Shown: positions 23,170 through 34,829 of the stretch, piece after piece
Numbering within the stretch: position 1 is the first letter of the stretch
Layout of the letters: the number at the start of each line of letters is the position of its first letter
From: Entomortierella parvispora E1425
Taxonomy: Eukaryota > Fungi > Mortierellomycota
Length of the DNA stretch: 64,000 nt
Reading direction: 5' to 3'
Assembly (NCBI GenBank): GCA_020891255.1
Contig: BQFW01000002.1
Span: 3,844,001-3,908,000 of the forward strand
Notes under the pieces: generated by a model
Told to the model about the DNA's origin: nothing
Seen by the model: only the letters and a program-made list of their open reading frames with translations
Database searches by the model: none
Position numbers and translations under genes: made by a program

Positions 23170-25221
23170 ATGATGACCGACACCGTCCCCGCTCCTGTTA
23201 TCCCCTCCACCGAGGACCAGCTCGTCGCCGCCACTGAAGAAGTCTCGCTGGAGGACAAGCTCGTCCATGTCCACGACGAAAACTGTCAACACGACCATGA
23301 ACATGAGCCTGCTGCTGCCGCTGAGCCCCAGGGCCGCAACGACTATGATCTTCTGGAAACAAACGGCACTAAGGATCAGACCACGGATCCTTTGGTCAAG
23401 GTAGGGTCCATGACGCATTCGTTACCAAGAACGATCTTTATACGGGTGATACTAATACACGTTTTCTCTTTATCACAGATCTACTTTGAGGCCAAGGAGA
23501 TCTTCTCCAAGGCCATGGAGCGTCTTAACCAGATCCCTGAGGGCGCAGACAAGGAATTGATTGAGAACCACAAGGACGAAATTGTTTCTGTCACCAGCGA
23601 CCTCATGCGTGCATTCCTCATGGATGAAAAGGCCTGCATCATGAACCAGCGTATCCTCAAGCTCGCTGAGCAGTACGAGACCTATGTCCAGACCTACAAC
23701 CCCGAAGGCACTTCGACTGCAACTGTAGAGTCCGAGGAGGAAGGCGCTGAACAACAAACCACCATTTACACCAAGGACTCTGTCGTGTTTGGTACGTGTT
23801 TATTGGGTTGCTTATTGGGTTGCGATCACTTGTTGCTTCTTTTCCTTGTTTCTAAAAGGGGAACCCTGTCTTGAGAATGAGAAAGTGGGGCGAGAAGAGA
23901 AGGCAAAAAAAGGGGGTCGATGGGGTGGCCAAGGAAGGATCGGACCAAAAAGTAAGGGGAGGACAGAAGCATCGTCCTCGCCGGACAACACCTGCACTGC
24001 CAACACCTTGCCACTGTGCTAATGGCCCTGGGTTCCTCTCCCCCTTGACTTTTTCATGGTGCGAGCAAAAGGTAGAGAGGGTGGGAAGATGTGGGACCCA
24101 TTGGAGCAAGGGCAAGCAGGGGGGGCAGGGCAGGGACTGTCGGCCGAGCGAAATTGCCCTTCGCGTGTTGGTGGAATCTGATTTGCAGAAGGTTGACTGA
24201 ACCTTAATCCGATCCCTGAAATTTGAGCATGGTGGGACAGGACGATTGGGGGGTAAAAAGGAAGAGAACGATAAAAATACCATGCCATCGACGACGACTC
24301 ATCAATTGCTGACTGCTCTTTATTGCAAAATAGTCATCTGGATTCTCTTCAGCGGCCAGCAGTTCGTGCATTGCGTCCAGACCCTTGGCTTTGCCATCAC
24401 TGAGTTTGAGTCGATCCGCCCACGCATGCTTGAGCTTCGCGCATCATGCCACATGGCCTTGCGCAACTACAAGGTAAATGCTTTTACTTGACTCTACAAT
24501 AAGGGCTCGATATCCTGTCTCGTCTGGAATGCTAACATCCTCATCTCTATATTGCTCTCAGGGCTGCACCGAGGATCTCGAGGAAGTCTTGAACATCAAG
24601 CCCGACCAAATTGAGGTCCATTCTATGCTCGGAAATGTCTACTATGCCACACACCAAGCCCAGGACGCCATTGGCCACTTCAAGGCCTTTGTCGAGGTTG
24701 CCCACCCAGACGCTCGCACTCTCCCCAATGCTTACTATGCTCTCGCCACCCTTACCCTCCAGTCTGCCCCCTCTGGTGCGACCAAGAAGAAGAGCAATCA
24801 GGCTTTGAAGCAGGCTGCCGCTCTCAAGGATGCTCAAGACTACTACAAAAAGGCACAGTCGGCCGATAACCGCTTCAGGGAGCTCTATGGTGTCGCCACA
24901 GGATTCAACGAGATTAAGCGCACGGCCGTGATGGCCTTCCAGGCTCGTAGCGCTGGTCGCAACGGCATGCTGTTGGACGATCCCACCCCGGCGTTGTTGG
25001 ATGCGTCCGAGGCTCTCAAGAAGTCATTCAAGAGCCCTGCGATCTCCTCCTGTGCCAACTGTGGCAGAACAGACAATATTGCGAATGAGGGCCGGTCCCA
25101 GGATTTGAAGCCCAAGCCCTTGATCAAATGCGCCAAGTGCAGCAAGGTCGCCTACTGCTCACGGCCCTGTCAAATCACACACTGGAACAACACACACAAG
25201 AATGCCTGCAACAAAAAGTAG
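23170..25221 (+). CDS. TPR-repeat protein with C-terminal MYND zinc finger, 4 exons (introns about 23401-23478, 23792-24333, 24474-24561)
   Basis: TPR-like segments LELRASCHMALRNYK|GCTEDLEEVLNIKP, VHSMLGNVYY and NAYYALA. MYND reads CANC..KCAKCSKVAYCSRPCQITHWNNTHKNAC. Confidence 0.85.
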
Positions 25222-25489
25222 ATGCTCATCTACCTTCCGAGCACACAACAAATATTTTAACAGGGCGTTTTGAAGGGAGGAGACAAACTGTGTGGTTTCT
25301 ACCTCCAGTGGAGGAAGGTGTGAGAGAGCATGGAACTCCTGCCCTTATTCTATGACCATATCCAATGAGCCATTCTCCCATGGTCCTCCATGGCATGACC
25401 AATAATAAAAGTTTGTAATGATTCAATGTCAATGCCTCCAGTGCAAAAGAAATAATGGATAGAAGGGTAAAAGACGACTCCGATCTGAT

Positions 25490-27196
25490 TTATTGATTGT
25501 CCACGGACTCTTCTTCGATGCAACGGAGGCAGTTACAACGGAAAAAATACATGTCCTCGAGTCGTCTCTGCCTTTCGATCCGTCCTGGGTTGATGTCGCC
25601 ATAACTGATGCAGCACTCCTCATTCTCCCCAATGGTCGTCGTACTCCAGTACTCAAAGTGACGCCCGACTCGTCTTTTTTCTACATTGGGTCTACAAGAA
25701 TGGTTAAAGTACGAGGCTCGAGGAAAGATGGCAAAGGCCAAGAGTTCATCCGAGCTATCACGGATTCCAAAAGAATTGGCGACCTCACGGTAGAGGATGT
25801 TGCGGAAGAGAGCGCTGTCGATCGAAAGCCGGGGCGCAGGAGACCAAGCCGACTCGATATCAAGCAGAAGATAAGCATCCCGAATGCGAAGGTAGACATA
25901 GAAGCAGCTCAAAAGATGGTTGGGTAAGATGGAGAGCAATTCTCTCCAAGGTCCTGTTCTGTCCTGCTTGCTGCCCTTGAGATGGGTATCGGCTTCGTTC
26001 TCTGCTCCAGTGCGCTCATCAGCATCCTGTTGAAGTTGCTGACGAAACAAGACCAGCTCGTTCGATTGCATAGAGCACAAATCTGCAAAAGTAGGCTGCA
26101 CCCCTCTGGGGCCATGCTCCTGGTCCTGTTCATCTTCGGCTGTTTCGCGGGTATCATGAACGGCGACCTCTTGATCGAGTTCAACTTGCCGTCTATAGAG
26201 GATGTCGGTCAAGAGTCGGATGGTCTCGCAATCGTCATCTGAAGTCTTGGATCCGATCGTGGCTTTGCAGTTGCCCTCCAACAAGAATTTCGCCAACATT
26301 GGGTAGAGCGCCTCTGCTCTCTTGTCCGGAACTCCAGATGCAATCTCCAGACGCTCGTGTTGCTGCTGTTGTTGCAAAGTCCCGATAAACGACTCTTGCT
26401 CGGCAACAAGACTGTCAAGCGCATTCCAGACACAGTTGAGAAAAAGAGTAAGATCTTGATCCTGCAGTTTTGAAAGAGCCAAGGGTGTCGACGCCACAGC
26501 CAAAGCCTGAGGAATCAAGGTCGAGTAATGGGTGGCAGGCGCTGATGCTTCCGAGTTTAATGTTGCTGTGGCAGCTCCTGCCCCTGCTATCAAAGTCGAT
26601 GGTTGGATGGTTGTTTGTACTCGCCAGTGCCCGTTGGGTCCAGCTGCTTGCTTGATATCCCAGCTCCTTCGGATCTTTTCTTCGACTTTACAGATCAAGT
26701 CTGCCTTGAGAGGCCCATAGCGGTTCAAGCAGGTCTCGTTACAAAAGACCATGACTGTAGACTCTGTCTTTTTTGACCGGGGGTTCTTTTTCGTCCCGAC
26801 CGTTAACGTCGTTGAAGAAAGTGGTTTCCTTGGTAACCGAATCTGAGCCTTGCGGTCCGGGATTCGCCCCCAGCAGTCGTGACAGATCCCACAGTCAAGC
26901 CAAGGATCGCACATGGTGGTGCCAAAGGATTCGGCGACAAAGATCCGTTCCTGCGGTTGAATCTCTCGGGTAGCAAGGTAGCAGCGGCCTTTGTTGGGCA
27001 GAAAGGCGACCGCGATAGGATTTTCTGGGGCTGGGGTGGCGGTGAGCTCTTCAGAGGAAGAGTGGGTATCGTTGAGGTGAAGGGTATGAATTTGTTGCTC
27101 CAGAAGGTTCGAGGAGTCCTTGTCAAAGAGAGAAGAGGGCGTTGGAGGCCCAGATATGGGTATTGACGGGGGGTTGAGACTGAGATCGAGGTTCAT
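25490..27196 (-). CDS. SET6: Set6/SMYD-type lysine methyltransferase, single exon (an alternative in-frame ATG lies at 27259)
   Basis: Split SET domain: NKGRCYLATREI, then CHDC..FCNETC (Set6-like degenerate MYND), AIFPRASYFNHSCRPNV, ECCISYG, and post-SET YFFRCNCLRC. Confidence 0.85.
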   Translation of the reverse strand: MNLDLSLNPPSIPISGPPTPSSLFDKDSSNLLEQQIHTLHLNDTHSSSEELTATPAPENPIAVAFLPNKGRCYLATREIQPQERIFVAESFGTTMCDPWLDCGICHDCWGRIPDRKAQIRLPRKPLSSTTLTVGTKKNPRSKKTESTVMVFCNETCLNRYGPLKADLICKVEEKIRRSWDIKQAAGPNGHWRVQTTIQPSTLIAGAGAATATLNSEASAPATHYSTLIPQALAVASTPLALSKLQDQDLTLFLNCVWNALDSLVAEQESFIGTLQQQQQHERLEIASGVPDKRAEALYPMLAKFLLEGNCKATIGSKTSDDDCETIRLLTDILYRRQVELDQEVAVHDTRETAEDEQDQEHGPRGVQPTFADLCSMQSNELVLFRQQLQQDADERTGAENEADTHLKGSKQDRTGPWRELLSILPNHLLSCFYVYLRIRDAYLLLDIESAWSPAPRLSIDSALFRNILYREVANSFGIRDSSDELLAFAIFPRASYFNHSCRPNVEKRRVGRHFEYWSTTTIGENEECCISYGDINPGRIERQRRLEDMYFFRCNCLRCIEEESVDNQ

Positions 27197-27899
27197 CTTG
27201 GCGACGGTGTGAGAGTGTGTGATGGGTATGTGATGCAGTGCCTGGAAGGAGGAAGGCACTGGAAGGGGATAAAGGATGGAGAAGAGGAACGGATGGTGAG
27301 AAGGGAGGTAAGTGAAGAAAGAAGAGAGAGAGCGACCTCAAGGCATGTTTACTTTTTTTTTTTTTTTTTTTTTCTCTGTCCGATCAAGAGAGAGAGGGAG
27401 AAAATAAAGAGGGCGACAGACTCAAAACACCAATTGCAGCACCCGATTCGAAAGCATGCACTGGAGATCGGTCTACAAACACAACGGTTGCGCCAGTGGT
27501 GTTGGGATCAAAGGACAATAACAGACGATCATCTGCAGCCCCATGGGCGACAACGCGAAAGACAGCGCGTCCGCAAAGACAGGGTCCATTTTGGCAGACT
27601 AGTCCATAACGGACTAACACTGGGATGGTGTCAGCAAATTCAAGACCATGCTCTCTCGGTGCGATTCAAGCGAGACATTTTTTTTTTTCGTTTTTTTTTT
27701 TGTTCGTCGTAATCTCGATCTCAGCCAAGAAGATCTCGGAGGGTCCACTGCAGGCCTTTTATTACAACGCACCCACAGCACTCTCGCCCTTCACTCTCTT
27801 CTTGTCTTCTGCACTCCACCTTCCTCATACCGGTACACTCATACATCACTCCTCGCACTCAACACCGACCTTTTACAGATAATCCATATCTATCCTCGC

Positions 27900-30411
27900 A
27901 TGTATAGAGTCAAGCCACAGGCGCTTGCTGTCGCTTCCAAGCGCACTCGCAACGTGAGTAGCTGATGGATCATGAATAGAGAAAGCAACGGCAATGTTCA
28001 CTCCTTTATTCACTAAACTTTCATTGATCTGGACCCACGTGTAGCCTGCATTTCTCATTGCCAGCACCGTTACTGTTGCTGCCTTTGCCACCACCAAAAC
28101 CGCTCTCTGCCATCAGGTAAGTTGGACATACCAAGCATCAAAGCAGCACCGTCGGGCACAATATGTTGATACGCAATGCCTTCTTCGACTTTTATAGGAC
28201 TCTGGTATTCAAACCGAGGCTGAACATTTGAAGGAGCATGTCCAAGAGTTCACCAACCAGGTTTTGGAATTGGCTGAATCACCCTATGGACCAAACGAAG
28301 GTGGTCAAGGCAGAGGATCTTCATCCTCCTCCTCCTATGGCGGTCATGGTCGCGGTCAACGTGGTCACGGCTCTTCCTTCTTCTCGTCCGCGAGCCAACG
28401 CGCTCACGGAGGTCTCCACGGCTTTGGCTTCAGAAGTTCTGAAGGCGGTGCCGAAGAGTCTTCAAGAGGAGAGAACGGAGGAGAGCGTTCCCACCGCCAT
28501 AGCTTTGGAGGTTTTGGCTCTAGAGATTCTGAGGGTGGCGTCAAGGAGTCTTTGGGAGGAAAGCACGGGGGAGAATATTCTCAGCGTCGTCCCTTTGGTG
28601 GCTTTGGTGGCGGTCAGGCTGCTGGACACATGGAGCGTTTCCGTGGGGCCTACGTTGAGGAGCCTTTGATCCCTGCACTTTTCTATATCACTCTGGCAGG
28701 TTTGACTGGTACCATTATCGCCCACAAGAGCAACTTTGTCTTCCGGTTCCTCTCCCCCGTTGCATTAGCTCTTGGAGCGTCTGCCTACTGCATCCCTCGA
28801 ACCACCAACAATGTCCTTACAGGTCTTAGGACCTACGACTATGGCGAATTGAACCGTGAATGGAAGCATTGGTGGCTCCACACCAAAGATTCAGTCGTTA
28901 GCTCGACCCATGCGCTGCAGTCAGGACTTGGATCCGTTGCCCACACCGCCAAGGATGCGACTCATGATCTCTCAGAAAAGACACACGAGCTGACGGACAA
29001 GACCCAGAAGGTCCTTCATGACGTCAAGGATAAGACAGTTGAGGTTGCCCATGACTTGAAAGACAAGACCGAGGGTGTCGCCCACGATATCAAGAACAAG
29101 ACTGAGGATCTTGCTCAAGACATTAAGAACCAATCTTACAAATCTAAGTATCTCGGTGACCAATTTGAGAACGCCCAGGGTCAGGCCAAAGCTGCGATCG
29201 AAGACAAGGCTGGTCAGGCCAGGCACTGGTGGAACTCTGAGAAGCGCCATGCTGAACGCTCCGCTCATGATCTGAAACGCTCTGCACAAGAAAAGGGCGA
29301 GCAGGCTCGCGACTGGTTCCGTGACGAGGCCCGTGGTCGTGGTGGTTGGGATCGAGGTGATTTCGAGCGTGGCATGGACAAGTTCAAGTCCAAGGCTCGC
29401 CAAGATTGGGAGGAGGGTCAGGAGAAGCTCCACCAGGGACGCCGCGAATTCGATCGATGGAACCCTGCCGACGCTGCCGAGGAGATGCGCCACGAGTTTG
29501 GAGGTGTGAAGGACCGTGCCCAGAGCTGGGGTCGTCAGACTTCGCGCGATCTCCGTGGTCGCTTTGAAGATGCCAAGGACGCTGGTCAAGACTGGTTTGA
29601 AGACCGCGGACGGGATATGAAGCGATTCGGTCGGGAGCAAGAGGATCGATTTGAAGATGTCCGTCACCAATTCAAGAAGCATGGACAGGAAGCGCGCGAC
29701 TTTGGCGAGGATCGCTTCAGAGACGCAAGGCGCGATATCCGCAACAGAGCAGAGGATCTTCAGGATCACGGACGCCGTGCTTTTCACAAGTTTGAGCACG
29801 ATTTCGAAGAAGGCGACCGCTCTCGCTTCCGAGATCACAGCTGGGGCTTTGGAGGTCGCCCTGGTGAGGATGACGGTCGCCGGGGAGGCCGCTTTGAGGA
29901 CAGAGATGAATACAGAGGCCGTGATGGTCGCTTTGGCGGTGACCGCTATGACTCTGAGCCCCGTCGCTCCGTGACAGAGGCTGCTCAAGAAGCCAAGCAC
30001 TGGTGGCAACAAAAGACTTCGGCCGCTGATCCCTACGAGTCCTTCGATAGGCGGTCATCGTCCCAGGAGCGCCCACCTTCCTCGCCCTGGTGGAAGGCAG
30101 GTGGCGGTCCCAAGGATATCGAAGATGAAATCCACCGCGGAGCTGACCGCTTCAAGGACTCGGTCGAGCACAAGGCTCACCAGGGACATAACTGGATCCA
30201 GGATAGGAGGGACGAAATGAAGCGCATGCTCGAACACCCTGAGCACTTTGAGGGCAAGTTTGGACGCGGAGGACCTTTTGACCAGGGTCGCGACTTTGGC
30301 ATGGGAGGCAACAACCTTGCTTCAATCTACTCCAACGACAACTGGTTCCACTACGACCAAGGCGAGGACAACCGTGCGTCGCGTAGGAGCGGTCGTGACC
30401 GTGCCATGTAA
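27900..30411 (+). CDS. MIC26/MIC27 (ApoO)-like membrane domain followed by a long hydrophilic LEA-like repeat tail, 3 exons
   Basis: Presequence-like exons MYRVKPQALAVASKRTRN|PAFLIASTVTVAAF, with exon 3 from 28198. EEPLIPALFYITLAGLTGTIIAHKSNFVFRFLSPVALALGASAYCIPRTTNNV fits the ApoO/Mic26 hairpin. 11-mer repeats at 29002-29133. Confidence 0.75.
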
Positions 30412-30788
30412 ACCTCGATTAAAAATAAATCTATACTAATTATCTTCAATAAATTTTATCCGAAGAGATATGGATCACATGACTACAAAAAAGTGTACGT
30501 CACTTTTTTTGTGGCGGGCACACCAGCAGCACGCACAGGGTTACGCGCGTCCACTTTCTTCGACATTTCGAACATTTCTCCATTGTCCTTTCTTCATTCA
30601 TCCTTCACTCTCTGCCCCGATTATCCTCATCTCCCCCTCTTTGCCTGGTCCACGACGCGCACCGAACCAAGCCAAGAACTCTCGCCCGTCCACCTCGATT
30701 GCTTTTCTTGATCGCCCTTTCTCGATCGGACCTGTCACGAAGCGAATCAACTCTTTTCATTCCATCTTTCAATCAAAGCACATCAGCA

Positions 30789-33700
30789 ATGTCGGGACTC
30801 ACCTCTGCTGGTATGACTCCAACCCATAGATAATCTCACCAATAGCTCGCTAGAGGCGGCTCCCTATATCCCAGTCTTCTGTTATTATGGTTCAGCACGC
30901 AGCTGGCTAACTCGTCCTTATTTTTACTTATAGCCGGAGTTATCGCCCTCCTGGACGAACAGGATGACGATCTCAAGGTCTATGCCCTCCAGAAGCTCAA
31001 CGCCATCGTGGATCAGTTCTGGGCTGAAATCTCGGACGCAGTCTCAAAGATGTATGTCGCGGTTCTCACGGATAAAAAATGGCATACTGATAATCCAGGA
31101 TGAGAATGCTGCGCCAGTTCCAACCAAGCAACTGAACGCGTTCCTCTCTTGCATCAATATAGTGAGATCATGTACGAAGACACAGAGTTCAAGGACAGAC
31201 AGCTCGCAGCACTTGTTGCATCCAAGGTTCGTTGCGTTATAAAGCATATAATGGGATAGTTCGACAAAGCACATTTGTCAGGTCACTGACGTGGACATCA
31301 TTCTCTTCAACTCTCAAATGCAGGTCTACTACCATCTTGGAGAATTCGACGACTCTCTCAACTTTGCTCTTGGTGCTGGAGCTTTGTTTGATCTGTCATC
31401 AAAGTCCGAGTATGTCGACACCATCATCTGTAAGTACTCTTTCTGAATTGCCGACGCTTCTCGACGTTAAGCATTTTGGTCATCGATCCATTGACGTTGA
31501 TACTGATGCTTGTCTCCAAATATAGCCAAATGTATCGACAAATACATCGCCCTGAGAATTCAGGAACAGGAAGTTCCTCAGAACGCAGAGCCCATGGATT
31601 CACGACTCAAGGATGTTGTCGAGAAGATGTTCGATAGATGCTACCAGGACGGTGAATATAAGCAGGTACAGTATCAGTACCCGTGTCCGCCATAATCATG
31701 ACTGGGTCAAACTGCACTAGATACTAAGTTACCGTGTGATATTAATGATAGGCTGTGGGAATTGCCCTTGAGGCTCATCGTTTGGATGTTGTCGAATACT
31801 GCATCAAGGCTGGCGGACCCAGTGTTATCCTTCCCTATGTTTATGAGCTCACCATGACTGTGGTTCTCGATCAGGCATACCGCAACACTCTGCTTCAACT
31901 TTTGGTTGATCAGTTCCGCAAGCTCAGCGAGCCTGACTACGTAGCAATTAACCAGTGCCTCGTGCATCTTGGAGACCACGCCGCTAGCGCAGAGTTGTTG
32001 CAGAACCTTGTCAGCACTGGAGACCAGGTAGGCTATCCGCGCCATTTCCTTTTCAAACAAGTTATAGTACCATCTACATAGGCCTTTTCTCACCCATCTG
32101 CTGTCATTTTTTCTTAGAAGGACCTCTTGATGGCTTACCAGCTGGCTTTCGATTTGGAGAACAACGCGACACAGAAGTATCTTACCAAGGTTTCAGACTC
32201 CCTTACATCGTCCTCAGACGAGGCCACTCAGGCCAAGGTTGACAAGATCAAGTCGATTTTGTCTGGAAAGGAGACCATCAAACTTCAGCTCGAGTTCCTC
32301 TGCCGCAACAACCACACTGATATGCTCATCCTCAAAAACTCAAAGGTACTGCGCTCTGAACCGCATGTCTGCGAAAGATACACATGCTGTTTCTGATATT
32401 GGACTAATATTCACTGGCGCTTCACTTTAGACCGTGCTGGATGCTCGTCTCTCGGTTTATCATTCTGCCGTAACCTTCGCCAACGCCTTCATGAACGCAG
32501 GAACAACCAGCGACGACTTCTTGCGACAGAATCTGGAATGGCTTTCACGCGCCACCAACTGGTCCAAGTTCAGTGCCACAGCTGCGTTGGGTGTTATTCA
32601 CAAGGGTCATCTGTCTCAGGGATTGAAGTTGCTGGAGCCATACCTTCCTCAGGAAGGTGTCACAGCCAGCCCATACTCAGAAGGAGGATCGCTCTTTGCA
32701 CTCGGACTTATCCATGCCAACCACGGTGATGAGGTCTTGGAGTACCTTCGCGGAGTCTTGAAGGATACCCGTATCGAAGTTTTGCAACACGGAGCATGTC
32801 TTGGACTCGGCACCGCGGGCATGGCCACTGACAGTGATGGTAGAGTATTTGTTTTGATTTCTTGATTTCAACAATTTCAAGGACGTTTCATTAGATTGAA
32901 GAGACTAACTTTTGCTATTGTTTTGTAGAAATCTACGAGGATCTTAAGAACGTTCTTTTCAGTGACAGTGCTATCGGAGGCGAGGCTGCTGGTCTTGCCA
33001 TGGGTATGGTGATGCTCGGAACCGCATCGGAGAAGGCTTTGGACGAGATGCTTCAGTATGCCCACGAGACACAGCACGAGAAGATTATTCGTGGTCTTGC
33101 TGTTGGTATCTCGCTTGTCATGTATGGAAAGGAGGATGCTGCCGACGACTTGATCGAGAAACTTTCCGCGGATAAGGACCCTATTCTCCGTTACGGAGGC
33201 ATGTACACCATTGCCATGGCTTACTGCGGTACTGGCAACAACAAGGCAATCCGTCGCTTGTTGCACGTTGCTGTCAGTGATGTCAACGATGACGTGCGTC
33301 GTGCTGCTGTCACTGCTCTCGGATTTATTCTGTTCCGCTCGTACAAGCAAGTGCCCCGTATCGTGCAGCTCCTCTCTGAGAGCTACAACCCCCACGTCAG
33401 ATATGGTGCTTGCTTGGCTCTTGGAATTTCATGTGCTGGAACTGGATCATTGGAGGCGATTGAGCTGTTGGAGCCCATGACCAAGGACAACGTCGATTTC
33501 GTCCGCCAGGGAGCCTTCATTGCTTTGGCCATGATCTTGATGCAACAGAACGAGACACAAAACGCCAAGGTTGCTGGCGTGCGAACTATGTTTGAGGAGG
33601 TGATCAAGAAGAAGAATGAAGACGCTCTTGCCAAGTTTGGTGCCGTTCTTGGTCAGGGTATCATTGATGCTGGTACGTATTATGTATATTTTTGCAGATG

Positions 33701-34673
33701 TCGATCCACCTTTTCGCTGCCAGATACAAACCAGACCTGACCATCCCCTGGCAACTTTCTTTTCGATTAGGTGGTCGCAATGTTACTATCTCAATGCAGT
33801 CGCGCTCTGGACACTCAAACATGTCTGCCATTGTCGGTGTTGCTCTCTTCACACAGTTCTGGTACTGGTTCCCCGCCTCCCACTTCTTGAGCTTGGCCTT
33901 TACTCCTACTGCCATCATTGGTGTGAATGCTGACCTCAACATGCCCGAGATCGAGTTCACATCCAACGCCAGACCCTCCTTGTTCGCATACATTCCCCCT
34001 ACCAAGCCACCAACGACGGTTGCCATCGAGAAGGTAGCAACGGCCGTCCTTTCCACCACAGCTAAGGCCCAGGCCAAGGCGAAGAGATCCAAGGCCGCCG
34101 CTGAGTCGGATGTTATGGACGAGGACGAGAAGCCAGAAGTCAAGGTATGTCTGTAATTTTTTTATGAGCTAGTTCTGCAGTTTCTGTCTGTTTCTTTCGA
34201 GTACTGTCCTAACACACGAGTGTGTCTTTAATCTTTAGACTGAGGAGGCCAAGGAAGAAGAGGCCAAGGCAGCTGCTAAACCCAAGAAGGAGGCTACTTC
34301 AGAAAAACTTGGAAACTTGGCCAGAGTTGTGCCCGCACAGCTCAAGTACATTTCCTTTGACAAGGATGCTCGTTATGTTCCCGTCAAGAAGGTAAACGCA
34401 ATTTTGGATAATGACTGCCCTCACCGTCTACCGTCTACGCAAGCACTTACACGCTTACTAATTTTTTTTTCTTTTCTTTGTTTGCAGGATGTGACTGGAG
34501 GTATTGTGGTTTTGTTGGACAACAAGAGTGGCGAGCCAGAGACGTTGATCGCCTCAACGACAGCAACTGCAGCAGCTGCAGCGGCCGCTGGTGCTGCTGA
34601 CTCTGCCATGGAGGTAGAGGAAGAGGAGGCACCTTTGCCCGAGCCCTTCACATATCCCTTTAGCGACGAATAA
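30789..34673 (+). CDS. RPN2: 26S proteasome regulatory subunit Rpn2/PSMD1, about 12 exons
   Basis: MSGLTSA|[57 protein letters not shown] repeats, [30 protein letters not shown] and [10 protein letters not shown]. Confidence 0.98.
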
Positions 34674-34829
34674 ACAAAAGGAACTTTTGACATAGGTCGT
34701 CATGGTTTTTTATTTTAGTATCAATCCACTCAACTCTGTCTGTCGCCGTTGATATCGTCGAGCTGTATTCAAGTCAAGAGAGAGAAGCAGATGGAGGTGT
34801 GTAGATGAAGAAAACGTCTATATTTTTTA

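Noticed and set aside
28972-30012. 346-aa minus-strand ORF, and similarly 8473-9420 (+) and 43079-44101 (-)
   Set aside because: Antisense shadows of real genes caused by codon bias and low complexity; no recognisable domain or independent signals.
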